This document shows, piece by piece, positions 10,015 to 20,092 of a DNA stretch of 64,000 nucleotides. Both the position numbers and the translations under genes were made by a program. This DNA is from Kofleriaceae bacterium (GTDB taxonomy: Bacteria; Myxococcota_A; Polyangia; Haliangiales; Haliangiaceae), in the NCBI GenBank assembly GCA_046597055.1, contig JBKJLC010000237.1, positions 32,001-96,000 on the forward strand, given 5' to 3'. The stretch's first letter is position 1. Each line of letters begins with the position of its first letter. Below the pieces are notes generated by a model. That model did not search any database, had not been told where the DNA came from, and saw only the letters and a list, made by a program, of their open reading frames with translations.

Positions 10015-11489
10015 TGCGGATCCTCCACGTCGCGTCGGAGGTCGCGCCGTGGGCGCAGACCGGCGGGCTGGCCGACGTGGTCGGCGCCCTGCCCCCCGCC
10101 ATCGCCGCCCTGTCGTCCGAGATCCGGTCGGCCACGGTCGCGCCGCTGTACCGGGCCGCCCAGGCCCGGCTCGATGCCGCCGGGGTCGTGCTCGGCGAGG
10201 GCGTGGCCCACGAGGTCGTGCTCGGCAGCCACGTGGTGCCGGTGCGGCTGCGCCCGATCGGCCCCGACGGCGCGGCCCGGGTGTGGCTGCTCGATTGCCC
10301 GCCGCTGTTCGATCGCGGTGGGTTCTACGAGCAGCCCGGCGGAGGCGACTGGCCCGACAACGCGCTGCGCTTCGCGGTGCTGTGCCGGGCCGCGGTCGAC
10401 CTCGCGCCGCAGATCCTGGGCGGCGCCCCCGACGTCATCCACGGCCACGACTGGCAGGCCGGCCTGGCCACCGCGTTCGCGCGGCTCGCGGGCGCGCCGG
10501 CGGCCACCATCTTCACGGTCCACAACCTCGCCTACCGCGGGATGTTCTCGAAGCACGAGGTGCCCGCGCTCGGGCTGCCGTGGAGCAGCTTCGATCACCA
10601 CCACCTCGAGTTCTGGGATCACCTCAGCTTCCTCAAGGGCGGCATGGCCTACGCCGACATCGTCACCACGGTGTCGCCGACCTACGCCCAGGAGATCCTC
10701 ACCCCCGAGCGCGGCGAGGCGCTCGACGAGTTCCTCCGCCACGACGTCGCGCGCCTGGTCGGCATCGTCAACGGGATCGACACGACCTCGTGGGATCCTG
10801 GGACCGACCCGGCGCTGCCGGCGCGGTTCGGCGTGGCCGACCTCGGCGGCAAGGCCGCGTGCCGCGAAGCGCTGGCCCGCGAGCTCGGCCTGGCGCTGCC
10901 CCCGGGCACCGCGCTGGCGGTCGCGATCGCCCGCATGACCTCGCAGAAGGGCCTCGACCTGCTCGCCGATCTGGTGCCCGAGCTGGCCGCGCTCCACGTC
11001 AAGCTGATCGTCCTGGGCGCCGGGGACCTCGCGCTCGAAGAGCGCTGGCGCTGGCTGGCCGACGAGCACCCGCGCGACCTCGCGGTGCGGATCGGCTTCG
11101 ACCCGGCGCTGTCGCGGCGCATGTACGGCGGTGCCGATCTGTTCGTCATGCCGAGCCGATTCGAGCCGTGCGGGCTCGGGCAGCTGTACGCGATGCGCTA
11201 CGGGGCGGTGCCGGTGGTCGCGGCGGTCGGCGGACTGCGCGACACCGTGGTCGATCCCGGCCCCGGCGACGACGAGCTGACCGACGGCGCCGGCACCGGG
11301 TTCCGGTTCGAGCCGGTCACCACCGCCGGCCTGCGCGGGGCGCTGGCGCGGGCCGCGCACCGGTTCCGCCACCGGCCCGCCGGGTTCGCCAGCGTGCGCA
11401 CGGCGGGCATGCGCCGCGACTCGTCGTGGCTGGCGTCGGCGCGCGAGTACCTGCAGGTCTACCGGGCGGCGCTGCGGTCGCGGCCGTGA
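10014..11489 (+). CDS. glgA: Glycogen synthase
   Basis: TGATG overlap; ASEVAPWAQTGGLADV, HGHDWQ, PSRFEPCGLGQLYAMRYG. Confidence 0.95.
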   Translation: MRILHVASEVAPWAQTGGLADVVGALPPAIAALSSEIRSATVAPLYRAAQARLDAAGVVLGEGVAHEVVLGSHVVPVRLRPIGPDGAARVWLLDCPPLFDRGGFYEQPGGGDWPDNALRFAVLCRAAVDLAPQILGGAPDVIHGHDWQAGLATAFARLAGAPAATIFTVHNLAYRGMFSKHEVPALGLPWSSFDHHHLEFWDHLSFLKGGMAYADIVTTVSPTYAQEILTPERGEALDEFLRHDVARLVGIVNGIDTTSWDPGTDPALPARFGVADLGGKAACREALARELGLALPPGTALAVAIARMTSQKGLDLLADLVPELAALHVKLIVLGAGDLALEERWRWLADEHPRDLAVRIGFDPALSRRMYGGADLFVMPSRFEPCGLGQLYAMRYGAVPVVAAVGGLRDTVVDPGPGDDELTDGAGTGFRFEPVTTAGLRGALARAAHRFRHRPAGFASVRTAGMRRDSSWLASAREYLQVYRAALRSRP

Positions 11490-12904
11490 CCGGGCCACGG
11501 CGGGGGCCGGCGATCGCGGGCGCGGTCGTCGCCGTCGTCGTCACCCTGGTCGCGATGGGCTGGCTGCGCGGCGCGCTGGGCGCGCGCCTGACCGCGGCCG
11601 GCGCGCCGGTCGCGCAGCGGCCGCTCGCCGGCACCGGCGCCGCGGCCACCCCGATCACGCCCGGTCCGGTGCGCGTGGTCGTGCTCGATGGCCTCGCGCG
11701 CGCCGAGGCCCGGGGGCCGGCGCTCGACGCGCTGTGCGCGCGCGGGCTCGACCTGGGGGTCGACGTCGGCTTTCCGACCAAGTCGCTGCCGGTGCAGAGC
11801 GTGCTGTGGACCGGACGCACCGCGCAGGAGACCGGGGTCGCGATGCGCAACCAGCTGCCGGCGGCGATCGCCGGCGCGCTCCCGGCGCGGGTGCCGGGCT
11901 CGCGCGCGGTGGTCGAGGCGTGGACCTCGATCGCGTCGGCGATGGGCTTCGCGCGGGTGGCGCCGCCGCGCGCGGCCGACGCCGCGCACGCGGGCGCCGA
12001 TCCGATCGCGGTCGCCGCCTGGCGCGAGGGCTTCGCCGCGGCCGCGCGCGACGCGGTGGCGAGCCCGGCGCCGCTGGTGTTGATCCACGTGCTCGCGATC
12101 GACGCCGCCGGCCACCGCGGCGGCCGCGACGCGCGCTACCGCGCCGAGGTGGCGCGCGCCGATCGCCTGCTCGCCGGGCTGATCGCGGCGGCCCCGGCCG
12201 CGCACTGGATCGTGCTCGCCGACCACGGCCACCTCGCGGGCGGTGGCCACGGCGACGCCGAGCCGGAGGTCCGCCTGGTGCGCGCGTGCGTGGCGCCGCG
12301 TCCGCCCGGGGCCGCCGCGACCGGCGCGGTCCACCTGGTCGATGTCGCCCGTCACGTCCACGACGCGGCGGGTGCGTCGGCGTCGGGAGTCGGTCGGCCG
12401 CTCGCGATCGCGCTGGCCGCTCCCGATCCCGACGCGACCTTGCCGCGCCCGGCATGGACCGCATGGATGCTCGCCGGCGTGCTGGCCGGGGCCGGGCTGG
12501 CGGTCGCGCTGGGGTTCGGTCGACCGCGGCTGGCCGCAGCGTGGGTCGTCCCGGCCGCGGCCTGCTACGCGGTCCTGGGCGGGATTCCGACCCTGTCCGC
12601 GCGGCACCCGGTGCTTGCGGTGGCGTGCGGCCTGCTCGGGACTGGCCTGGCGCTCGCTGCTCCCGGCCCGCGGGCTCACCCACGCCGGGTGATCGCGCTG
12701 GCAGTCCCTGGTCTTACCGCCGTCCTCGCCGCCGCGGTGCTGGCCGGGTTGCCGTCGGCCGTGCTCGGTGGCGCCCCGGCCCGACGCCCGGTCACAACCG
12801 CGGTTCTGGTGATCGCGGCTCACGCGGTCGCGCCGGTCATGCTCCTGGCCGCCGGCCTCCTCGGGGCGCGCGTCGGTGGACGGCCTCGCCGGCAGAAAAC
12901 TTGA
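11486..12904 (+). CDS. Alkaline phosphatase-superfamily membrane protein
   Basis: VVVLDGL, FPTKSLP, DAAGH, LADHG metal ligands; N-terminal anchor and several C-terminal TM helices. Confidence 0.75.
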   Translation: MTGPRRGPAIAGAVVAVVVTLVAMGWLRGALGARLTAAGAPVAQRPLAGTGAAATPITPGPVRVVVLDGLARAEARGPALDALCARGLDLGVDVGFPTKSLPVQSVLWTGRTAQETGVAMRNQLPAAIAGALPARVPGSRAVVEAWTSIASAMGFARVAPPRAADAAHAGADPIAVAAWREGFAAAARDAVASPAPLVLIHVLAIDAAGHRGGRDARYRAEVARADRLLAGLIAAAPAAHWIVLADHGHLAGGGHGDAEPEVRLVRACVAPRPPGAAATGAVHLVDVARHVHDAAGASASGVGRPLAIALAAPDPDATLPRPAWTAWMLAGVLAGAGLAVALGFGRPRLAAAWVVPAAACYAVLGGIPTLSARHPVLAVACGLLGTGLALAAPGPRAHPRRVIALAVPGLTAVLAAAVLAGLPSAVLGGAPARRPVTTAVLVIAAHAVAPVMLLAAGLLGARVGGRPRRQKT

Positions 12905-12967
12905 CCCTGCTGTCCGCTGACCGGACGTCCGGATCCCGGACGCGGAACGTCCGTGGAGCGGACAGGG
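12905..12967 (+). repeat. Imperfect inverted repeat right after the glg operon (possible terminator or stability hairpin)
   Basis: CTGTCCGCT/AGCGGACAG outer arms and CGGACGT/ACGTCCG inner arms; no U-tract. Confidence 0.5.
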
Positions 12968-13125
12968 CGGTCCGCCGACCGGACGCGTCACGCCGCTACC
13001 CGTGCCCCCTGCGCACCTGTGCGTACGTGACACAGGACCGTCTTGTCCGGGTTTCGGACCGGGTGGGGAACCGGCCCCCAGGGCCGTCCGGAGGCCGGAC
13101 GCTTCTGTCCGGTGCTCCGGATCCC

Positions 13126-13230
13126 CTGTGCACAAGTGCTCTGTCCAGGGGAGTTATTCACAGCCGTCCACAGGGCTAACCGCTCAATACGGAAGCCGAA
13201 CCGTGCGGCCCTGTGGAAGCCTGTGGAGAA
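13126..13230. promoter_or_regulatory. Cluster of DnaA-box-like 9-mers
   Basis: TTATTCACA 13154-62, CCGTCCACA 13164-72; reverse-strand GCTTCCACA 13212-20, TTCTCCACA 13222-30, TTGTGCACA 13127-35. Confidence 0.65.
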
Positions 13231-13451
13231 CCTGTTGTTTGGGTGTGGCGGCCGGGTCCGGACCCACGGATCATCGCCAGGTTGGGTGGGACATGTCACC
13301 CCAGCGAACGGGAGTGTGACGCACTGTCCCATATGCGCCCCGCGTCGCTCCCGGAGTCCGTCGCGGCCCTCCCGGGCCGCCCATCCGGAGCGATGCGCGT
13401 TCATTGCCCGGCCATCCGGATTGCCTTCACCAATTTGTTAGCCTCGCCGGG

Positions 13452-15338
13452 GTGCGTCCCGACGAGCTGCGCCTCGCGCTGGCGGGCCTCGAGCTGATCG
13501 AGGTCGGCCCCGGTCGGGCCCGCGTGCGGGTCGGCAACGTCGACGTGACGCTGACGGTCGCAGGCGACCGGATGACGGCCGCCGCGTCGAGTCCCGACGC
13601 GACCCCGCTCTACCTCGACGCGGCCCTCGATCGGCTCGGCGCGCTCACGGTCAGCACCAGCGACGCCGGCTTCGCCGACGCGCTCCTCGAGGGCGGCGGC
13701 CGCGCGCGGCTGGAGCGGGTGCTGGCGCACGGTGGTCGCGCGCGCCTCGCGATGGGCCGGTGGACGATCGAGCGCATCGATCCGCGCATCGCGCTGCGCG
13801 AGCTCGGGCTGGTGGTCGGCTTCCTCGCCGACCGGCCCCGGGTGCTCGGCGAGCGCTGGGCGGCGCTGGCGCGACGCCTCGGCGTCGCGTGGACCGGGCG
13901 CTGGTCGACCCGTGGCGACGTGCGCCTGGCCCTGCCCGCGGCCGACGGCCGGACGCTGGCGATCGACGTCATGGCGCTGGTGCCGGGCGCGCCGGCCGAG
14001 GTCGCGCCCCGGCTGCGCACGGGGGTCTGGTCGCACCCGGACGACCGCGCCTGGTCGGGAACCCCGTCGCCGATCCGGCTCGGCGGCCGCGAGGGCGCGC
14101 GGATCACGACGCGGGAGCTCGACGCGGCCTGGCTGTGGGGGCTGTGCGACGACGCCGATCTGATCGGCGAGCTGGCCCGGCTGGTCGGCGGGCCGGCCCC
14201 GGCCGCGATCGAGCCGGCGAGCGCGACCGCGGCGTCGGTCGCGCCGATGTCGGTCATCGACTGGCCGAGCGCCCGCATCGACGTCATCGGCACCCGGGCG
14301 GCACCGCCGACGCTGGCGTGGACGCTGCGTCCGATGCCGGGCAGCGACGCCGTGGTCGGTCTGGCCGAGACCGTCGACGTCGATGGCATCGCCGTGCGCA
14401 CGGAGATCGTGCCGTCGCGAGTGACGGAGTACGTGGCCGAGGTCCGGGTCCGCGCCGAGGTCCGCGGGCTGGCGCCGCGGGTCCGCGCCCGCCCCGGCTA
14501 TCACTTCTTGCTGGCCGGCTTGCGGCGCGACGATCACCTCGGCGACCCGGCGCTCGACGAGCGCTACATCGTCCACGCTGACGATCTGGCGTGGGTGCGC
14601 TGGTGGCTGGGCGCGACCGAGCGCCAGGCGCTGATGGCGACCTTCGATCCCGAGGCGGTGATCCCGTTCGCCCTCGAGATCGCCGACGGCGCGGTCGTGT
14701 TCGCCGGGGGCGGCCTGCCACCGCGGCGCTATCTCGACGCGGCCCGGCAGGCGGCCGCGTTCGTCGCCGCCCGCGCCGAGCGGGCCGCCGACGAGTGGCG
14801 CGGGCTGGCGCCGGCGCTCGGCGCGGTGGTGCGGGGTGCGGTCTGGACCGCGACGGCCCCGCGCGCGAACACCGCCACCGCCAGCGAGTTCGCGCTGACC
14901 AGCGAGCGCGGTCGCGCCGTGGTCACGATCGACTTCGCCACCGCCCTGCCCTTCGATCGGGGCGGGCCTCGCCTGCGCACGTGCGTCCACGCGCCGCGCC
15001 AGGCCGCGCACCGCGCCGCCCTCGCACTCGAGCGCGACGACTTGCCGCGCCGCCATCGCCTCCGCCCCGGCGTGGTCGGCGACCTCGACCGCCGGCTGCG
15101 GGTCACGCCCGGCCTGAGCGGGCGCACCGATGACGTCGCGTGGGCCGAGGCCCGCCTGACCTCGACCGCGACTCCGCTGGCGCGCGCGGCGCCCGACGTC
15201 GTCGTGATCGGCGCCGACCGGGTCCTGATCGCGTGGGAAGGCGTGGTCGCCGATCCCACGCGGCTGACCGCCGCGATCGACCTGGTGGCCCAGCTCGCGG
15301 TCGAGACCGGCGGCCCCGGCGCCGGGCCCTACCGATGA
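13452..15338 (+). CDS. Hypothetical protein with internally repeated alpha/beta units and C-terminal GPYR
   Basis: GTG at 13452 lies 7 nt after TAGCCT; segments TVSTSDAGFADALL / YIVHADDLAWVRWWL / GRTDDVAWAEARL look related. Confidence 0.7.
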   Translation: MRPDELRLALAGLELIEVGPGRARVRVGNVDVTLTVAGDRMTAAASSPDATPLYLDAALDRLGALTVSTSDAGFADALLEGGGRARLERVLAHGGRARLAMGRWTIERIDPRIALRELGLVVGFLADRPRVLGERWAALARRLGVAWTGRWSTRGDVRLALPAADGRTLAIDVMALVPGAPAEVAPRLRTGVWSHPDDRAWSGTPSPIRLGGREGARITTRELDAAWLWGLCDDADLIGELARLVGGPAPAAIEPASATAASVAPMSVIDWPSARIDVIGTRAAPPTLAWTLRPMPGSDAVVGLAETVDVDGIAVRTEIVPSRVTEYVAEVRVRAEVRGLAPRVRARPGYHFLLAGLRRDDHLGDPALDERYIVHADDLAWVRWWLGATERQALMATFDPEAVIPFALEIADGAVVFAGGGLPPRRYLDAARQAAAFVAARAERAADEWRGLAPALGAVVRGAVWTATAPRANTATASEFALTSERGRAVVTIDFATALPFDRGGPRLRTCVHAPRQAAHRAALALERDDLPRRHRLRPGVVGDLDRRLRVTPGLSGRTDDVAWAEARLTSTATPLARAAPDVVVIGADRVLIAWEGVVADPTRLTAAIDLVAQLAVETGGPGAGPYR

Positions 15339-15351
15339 TAGCGTGACGCCC

Positions 15352-17229
15352 GTGTCCCGCCGCAGTGGATGGTTCGCGCGCCTCGGCCGCGCGCTCGGCG
15401 ACCGCGAGACCCGCGGCCGCTGGCTGGTGATCGCGGTGATCGGCGCGGTGCTGGCGGCCGCGACCTTCGCGTTCGCGATCGGCGACGACGGCCAGGGCCG
15501 GCCGGTCGCCCGTCCCTACGCCGATGCGCCGTATTACTACGTGTACGCGCCGTCGATCCTGCTCGATCACGACGTCGACTTCACCGACGAGTACCGCGAG
15601 ACCAAGAACTGGTACCGGCTGTCGATGACGCCGAGCCGCAAGCCGAGCAACGTGTTCGGCGTGGGTCCGGCGCTGCTGGCCGCGCCCGCGTTCCTGACCG
15701 GTCACGCGATCGCGGTCGCCAGCGGCGAGCGCACCGACGGCTTCTCCACGGTCGAGCAGATCCTGACCATGTGGGTGTCGGTGCTGCTGGCGGTGCTGGC
15801 GCTGGTGTTCCCCTACCGGCTGGCGGCCCGCCGCCTCGACGCGCCCGGCGCGGGCCTGGTCGCCGCGGTGCTGGTGTTCGCCGCCGGCCCGGTCGTGTAC
15901 TACGCGGTCCGTCAGCCCGGGTACGCGCACGGGTTCGCGACCTTCTTCGCCGCCTGGTTCTGCGATGCCTGGGACGGCTCGTACCAGCGCGAGCGCCGCG
16001 CGCGCACGTGGGCGCTGCTCGGCCTCACCTTCGGCCTCGCCGTGCTGGCCCGCCCGCAGCTCGCGACCTGGGGCTTCCTCCTCGCGCTGGCCGGGCTCGA
16101 CGATCTGCGCCGGCGCCGCGCCCCGGTGCGCGCGCTGGTCGGGCGCTGGGCGCTCGGCGCCATCATCGCCGTGCTGTGCGTGGCGCCGCAGCTGCTGACC
16201 TGGAAGGCGCTCTACGGCGCGTACTACGTGGTGCCGCAGGGCCCCGGTTTCATGCGCTGGGATGCGCCGGCGTGGAGCGAGGTCCTGTTCTCGTCGCGCA
16301 ACGGCCTGCTGCCGTGGGCGCCGCTGTACGCGGTCGCGGGCCTCGGCCTCGGCGCCGGGCTGGTCCGGGTCCCGCGCGTCGCGGGCGCGCTCTTGGTCGG
16401 GGTCGCGCTGCAGGCCTGGGCCAACGGCGCCGCCTGGGACTGGTGGGGTGGCGGCTCGTTCGGCGGTCGCCGCTTCGACTCGACCTACGTCGCCTTCGGG
16501 TTCGGGCTGGCGGTCGTGCTCGCGCCGCTGACCCGCGCGCTGGCCCGCGTCCGCCTGCGCCCGCTCGCGCTCGCCGGCGCGCTGGTCGCGACCGCGGGGC
16601 TCGCCGCCGCGACCGCACTGGCGATCGCCAACCTGGTCATGGTCGCCAGGGTCGCGTCGCCTTCGGCGCGGATCGGCGGTGGCGACAGCGCGGCCCGCGT
16701 GATCACGGCCGGCGTCAAGGGCCGGCTCGGGCGGTTCGCCGGCCGGGCCGCCGGCCTCGCCAACTGGCCGGCGCGCGCCCACTTCGCGTGGACCTTCGGC
16801 CGAAGCCAGGCCGACTACGACCGGATCGTCGGGGTGCACTGGCTGGGCGAGACCTACCCGGGCCTCAACTCGTTCCAGCCCAAGACCGAGGAGCACCGCA
16901 CCATCCCGCAGGTGCCGGCCCTGCTCCGCCGCGGCATCGTCGGCGGTGCGGGCGGCGTCCACCGGATCCCGTCGGGCCAGGCGCGCATCGTCATCCCGCT
17001 CAACCGCACCGGCGGCCTGCGCATCGCGGTGACCCTGGCGCATCCCGACGGCGGCGCGGTCGTGCTGGCCTGGAACCGCGCGCCCGGGGCGCCCGCCGCG
17101 GTGACGGCGGCCCCCGCGCCGGTCGAGCTGACCACGCGGTTGCTCGAGCGCGGGGTCAACCTGCTCGACATCGACGCGTCGCCGGGAACGCTGATCAGCG
17201 GCATCGATCTGTGGGCGCTGCCGCCCTGA
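15352..17229 (+). CDS. GT-C fold (ArnT/PMT-like) membrane glycosyltransferase
   Basis: Loop ADAPYYYVY..SILLDHDVDF, many TM helices, LARPQ, VLFSSRNGLL.WAP, WWGGGSFGGRRF; alternative start 15343. Confidence 0.75.
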   Translation: MSRRSGWFARLGRALGDRETRGRWLVIAVIGAVLAAATFAFAIGDDGQGRPVARPYADAPYYYVYAPSILLDHDVDFTDEYRETKNWYRLSMTPSRKPSNVFGVGPALLAAPAFLTGHAIAVASGERTDGFSTVEQILTMWVSVLLAVLALVFPYRLAARRLDAPGAGLVAAVLVFAAGPVVYYAVRQPGYAHGFATFFAAWFCDAWDGSYQRERRARTWALLGLTFGLAVLARPQLATWGFLLALAGLDDLRRRRAPVRALVGRWALGAIIAVLCVAPQLLTWKALYGAYYVVPQGPGFMRWDAPAWSEVLFSSRNGLLPWAPLYAVAGLGLGAGLVRVPRVAGALLVGVALQAWANGAAWDWWGGGSFGGRRFDSTYVAFGFGLAVVLAPLTRALARVRLRPLALAGALVATAGLAAATALAIANLVMVARVASPSARIGGGDSAARVITAGVKGRLGRFAGRAAGLANWPARAHFAWTFGRSQADYDRIVGVHWLGETYPGLNSFQPKTEEHRTIPQVPALLRRGIVGGAGGVHRIPSGQARIVIPLNRTGGLRIAVTLAHPDGGAVVLAWNRAPGAPAAVTAAPAPVELTTRLLERGVNLLDIDASPGTLISGIDLWALPP

Positions 17230-17245
17230 CCGCCGGCGCTGCGCG

Positions 17246-18151
17246 CTACCGCGGCGGCCCGGCGTCGACCGCCGGGCCGGCGGCGCCGGCGTCCGGACAC
17301 GCCGCCCCATCGCCGAGCGCGCACGCGGTCCGGGTCAGCTCGGCGGCGCGGGCCGGATCCTTGGCGACGCCGCGGCCGCCCGCGTGGAGCTCGCCGAGCA
17401 GCCGGCAGCCGATGGCGTCGCGGCGCTCGCAGGCCTTGCCCAGCCACACCGCGGCCGCCGCGCCGCCGGCGGGGACGCCGTGCCCGGTCAGGTACGCCGC
17501 GCCCAGCAGCCGGCAGCCGGCCGGGTCGCCGCCCTCGCACGCGTGCTTGAACAGCGGGATCGCGCCCACCTCGTCCTGCGCGATCCCGTCGCCGGCGGCC
17601 CGCATCTGGCCGGCGTTGGTGCAGGCCAGCGGCAAGCCGTCGACGCAGATGCCCTCGAGCAGGGCGAGCGCCGAGGTGGCGTCGACCGGACCGCCCTCGC
17701 CGCGCGCGAGCGCGAGCGCGAGGTTGCGGCAGCCCAGCAGATACTTCGCGTCGCAGCTCTTCCGGAACCAGCGGCGCGCGGCCTCGGGATCGGCGGGGAC
17801 GCCGTGGCCCTGCAGCAGCACCACGCCGAGGCTGCTGCACGCCGCCGGGTTGCCCTGATCGCAGGCCTGGCCGTACAGGGTCCGCGCCCGCTGCGGATCG
17901 GCGGGCACGCCGACGCCCTCGGCGTACATCACGCCGAGGCTGCGGCAGGCCTCGGTCTCCCCGGCGCTGCACGCGCGCTCGTACCCGGCGGCGAGCTCGG
18001 CGGCCGACTTGATCGGCGGGCCCGCGTCGGTGCCCGCGGCGACCAGGCCGCCGTCGCCGGCGGGGCCGCCGGCCGGCGCCTTGCGCTTGCAGCCCGCGGT
18101 CGTGCCAGCAGCCACGGACGCGAGCACGAGCACGACGGCGAGAGAGCGCAT
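17246..18151 (-). CDS. Sel1-like repeat (Cys-paired, Hcp-type) lipoprotein
   Basis: Lipobox-like TAGC; about 7 repeats of AC..G...AC..LG..Y..G.GV..D...A. Confidence 0.9.
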   Translation of the reverse strand: MRSLAVVLVLASVAAGTTAGCKRKAPAGGPAGDGGLVAAGTDAGPPIKSAAELAAGYERACSAGETEACRSLGVMYAEGVGVPADPQRARTLYGQACDQGNPAACSSLGVVLLQGHGVPADPEAARRWFRKSCDAKYLLGCRNLALALARGEGGPVDATSALALLEGICVDGLPLACTNAGQMRAAGDGIAQDEVGAIPLFKHACEGGDPAGCRLLGAAYLTGHGVPAGGAAAAVWLGKACERRDAIGCRLLGELHAGGRGVAKDPARAAELTRTACALGDGAACPDAGAAGPAVDAGPPR

Positions 18152-18167
18152 GGGGCGGCCTTATAAC

Positions 18168-19787
<1,620 letters not shown>

Positions 19788-20092
19788 GCGCGACGCATAC
19801 CACGCACCCGCACCTCGACACCGGCAAGATGACCCGTCGCGGGCGCCCGGGCGCCCCCGGGCGCGAGACGCAGGACCGAAGGGCTGCTGCCGGTAGCTCG
19901 AGGTCCTGCAACGAAGCCCATGGGATGGATCGGCGTCCTCGACCGGTCAGCTTGCGCGTGGCGCGCCGAGGGCGGACGGGCTCGCGCAACCGCGGCCCGC
20001 CGGTGGGCACGGAGCCGCGCGTCGTGGTAAATGCCTGAGGCTCGGATGTCGACCCTTTCCCGCCGGCCGGGCTGCGTGCCGATCTCTCCGTC

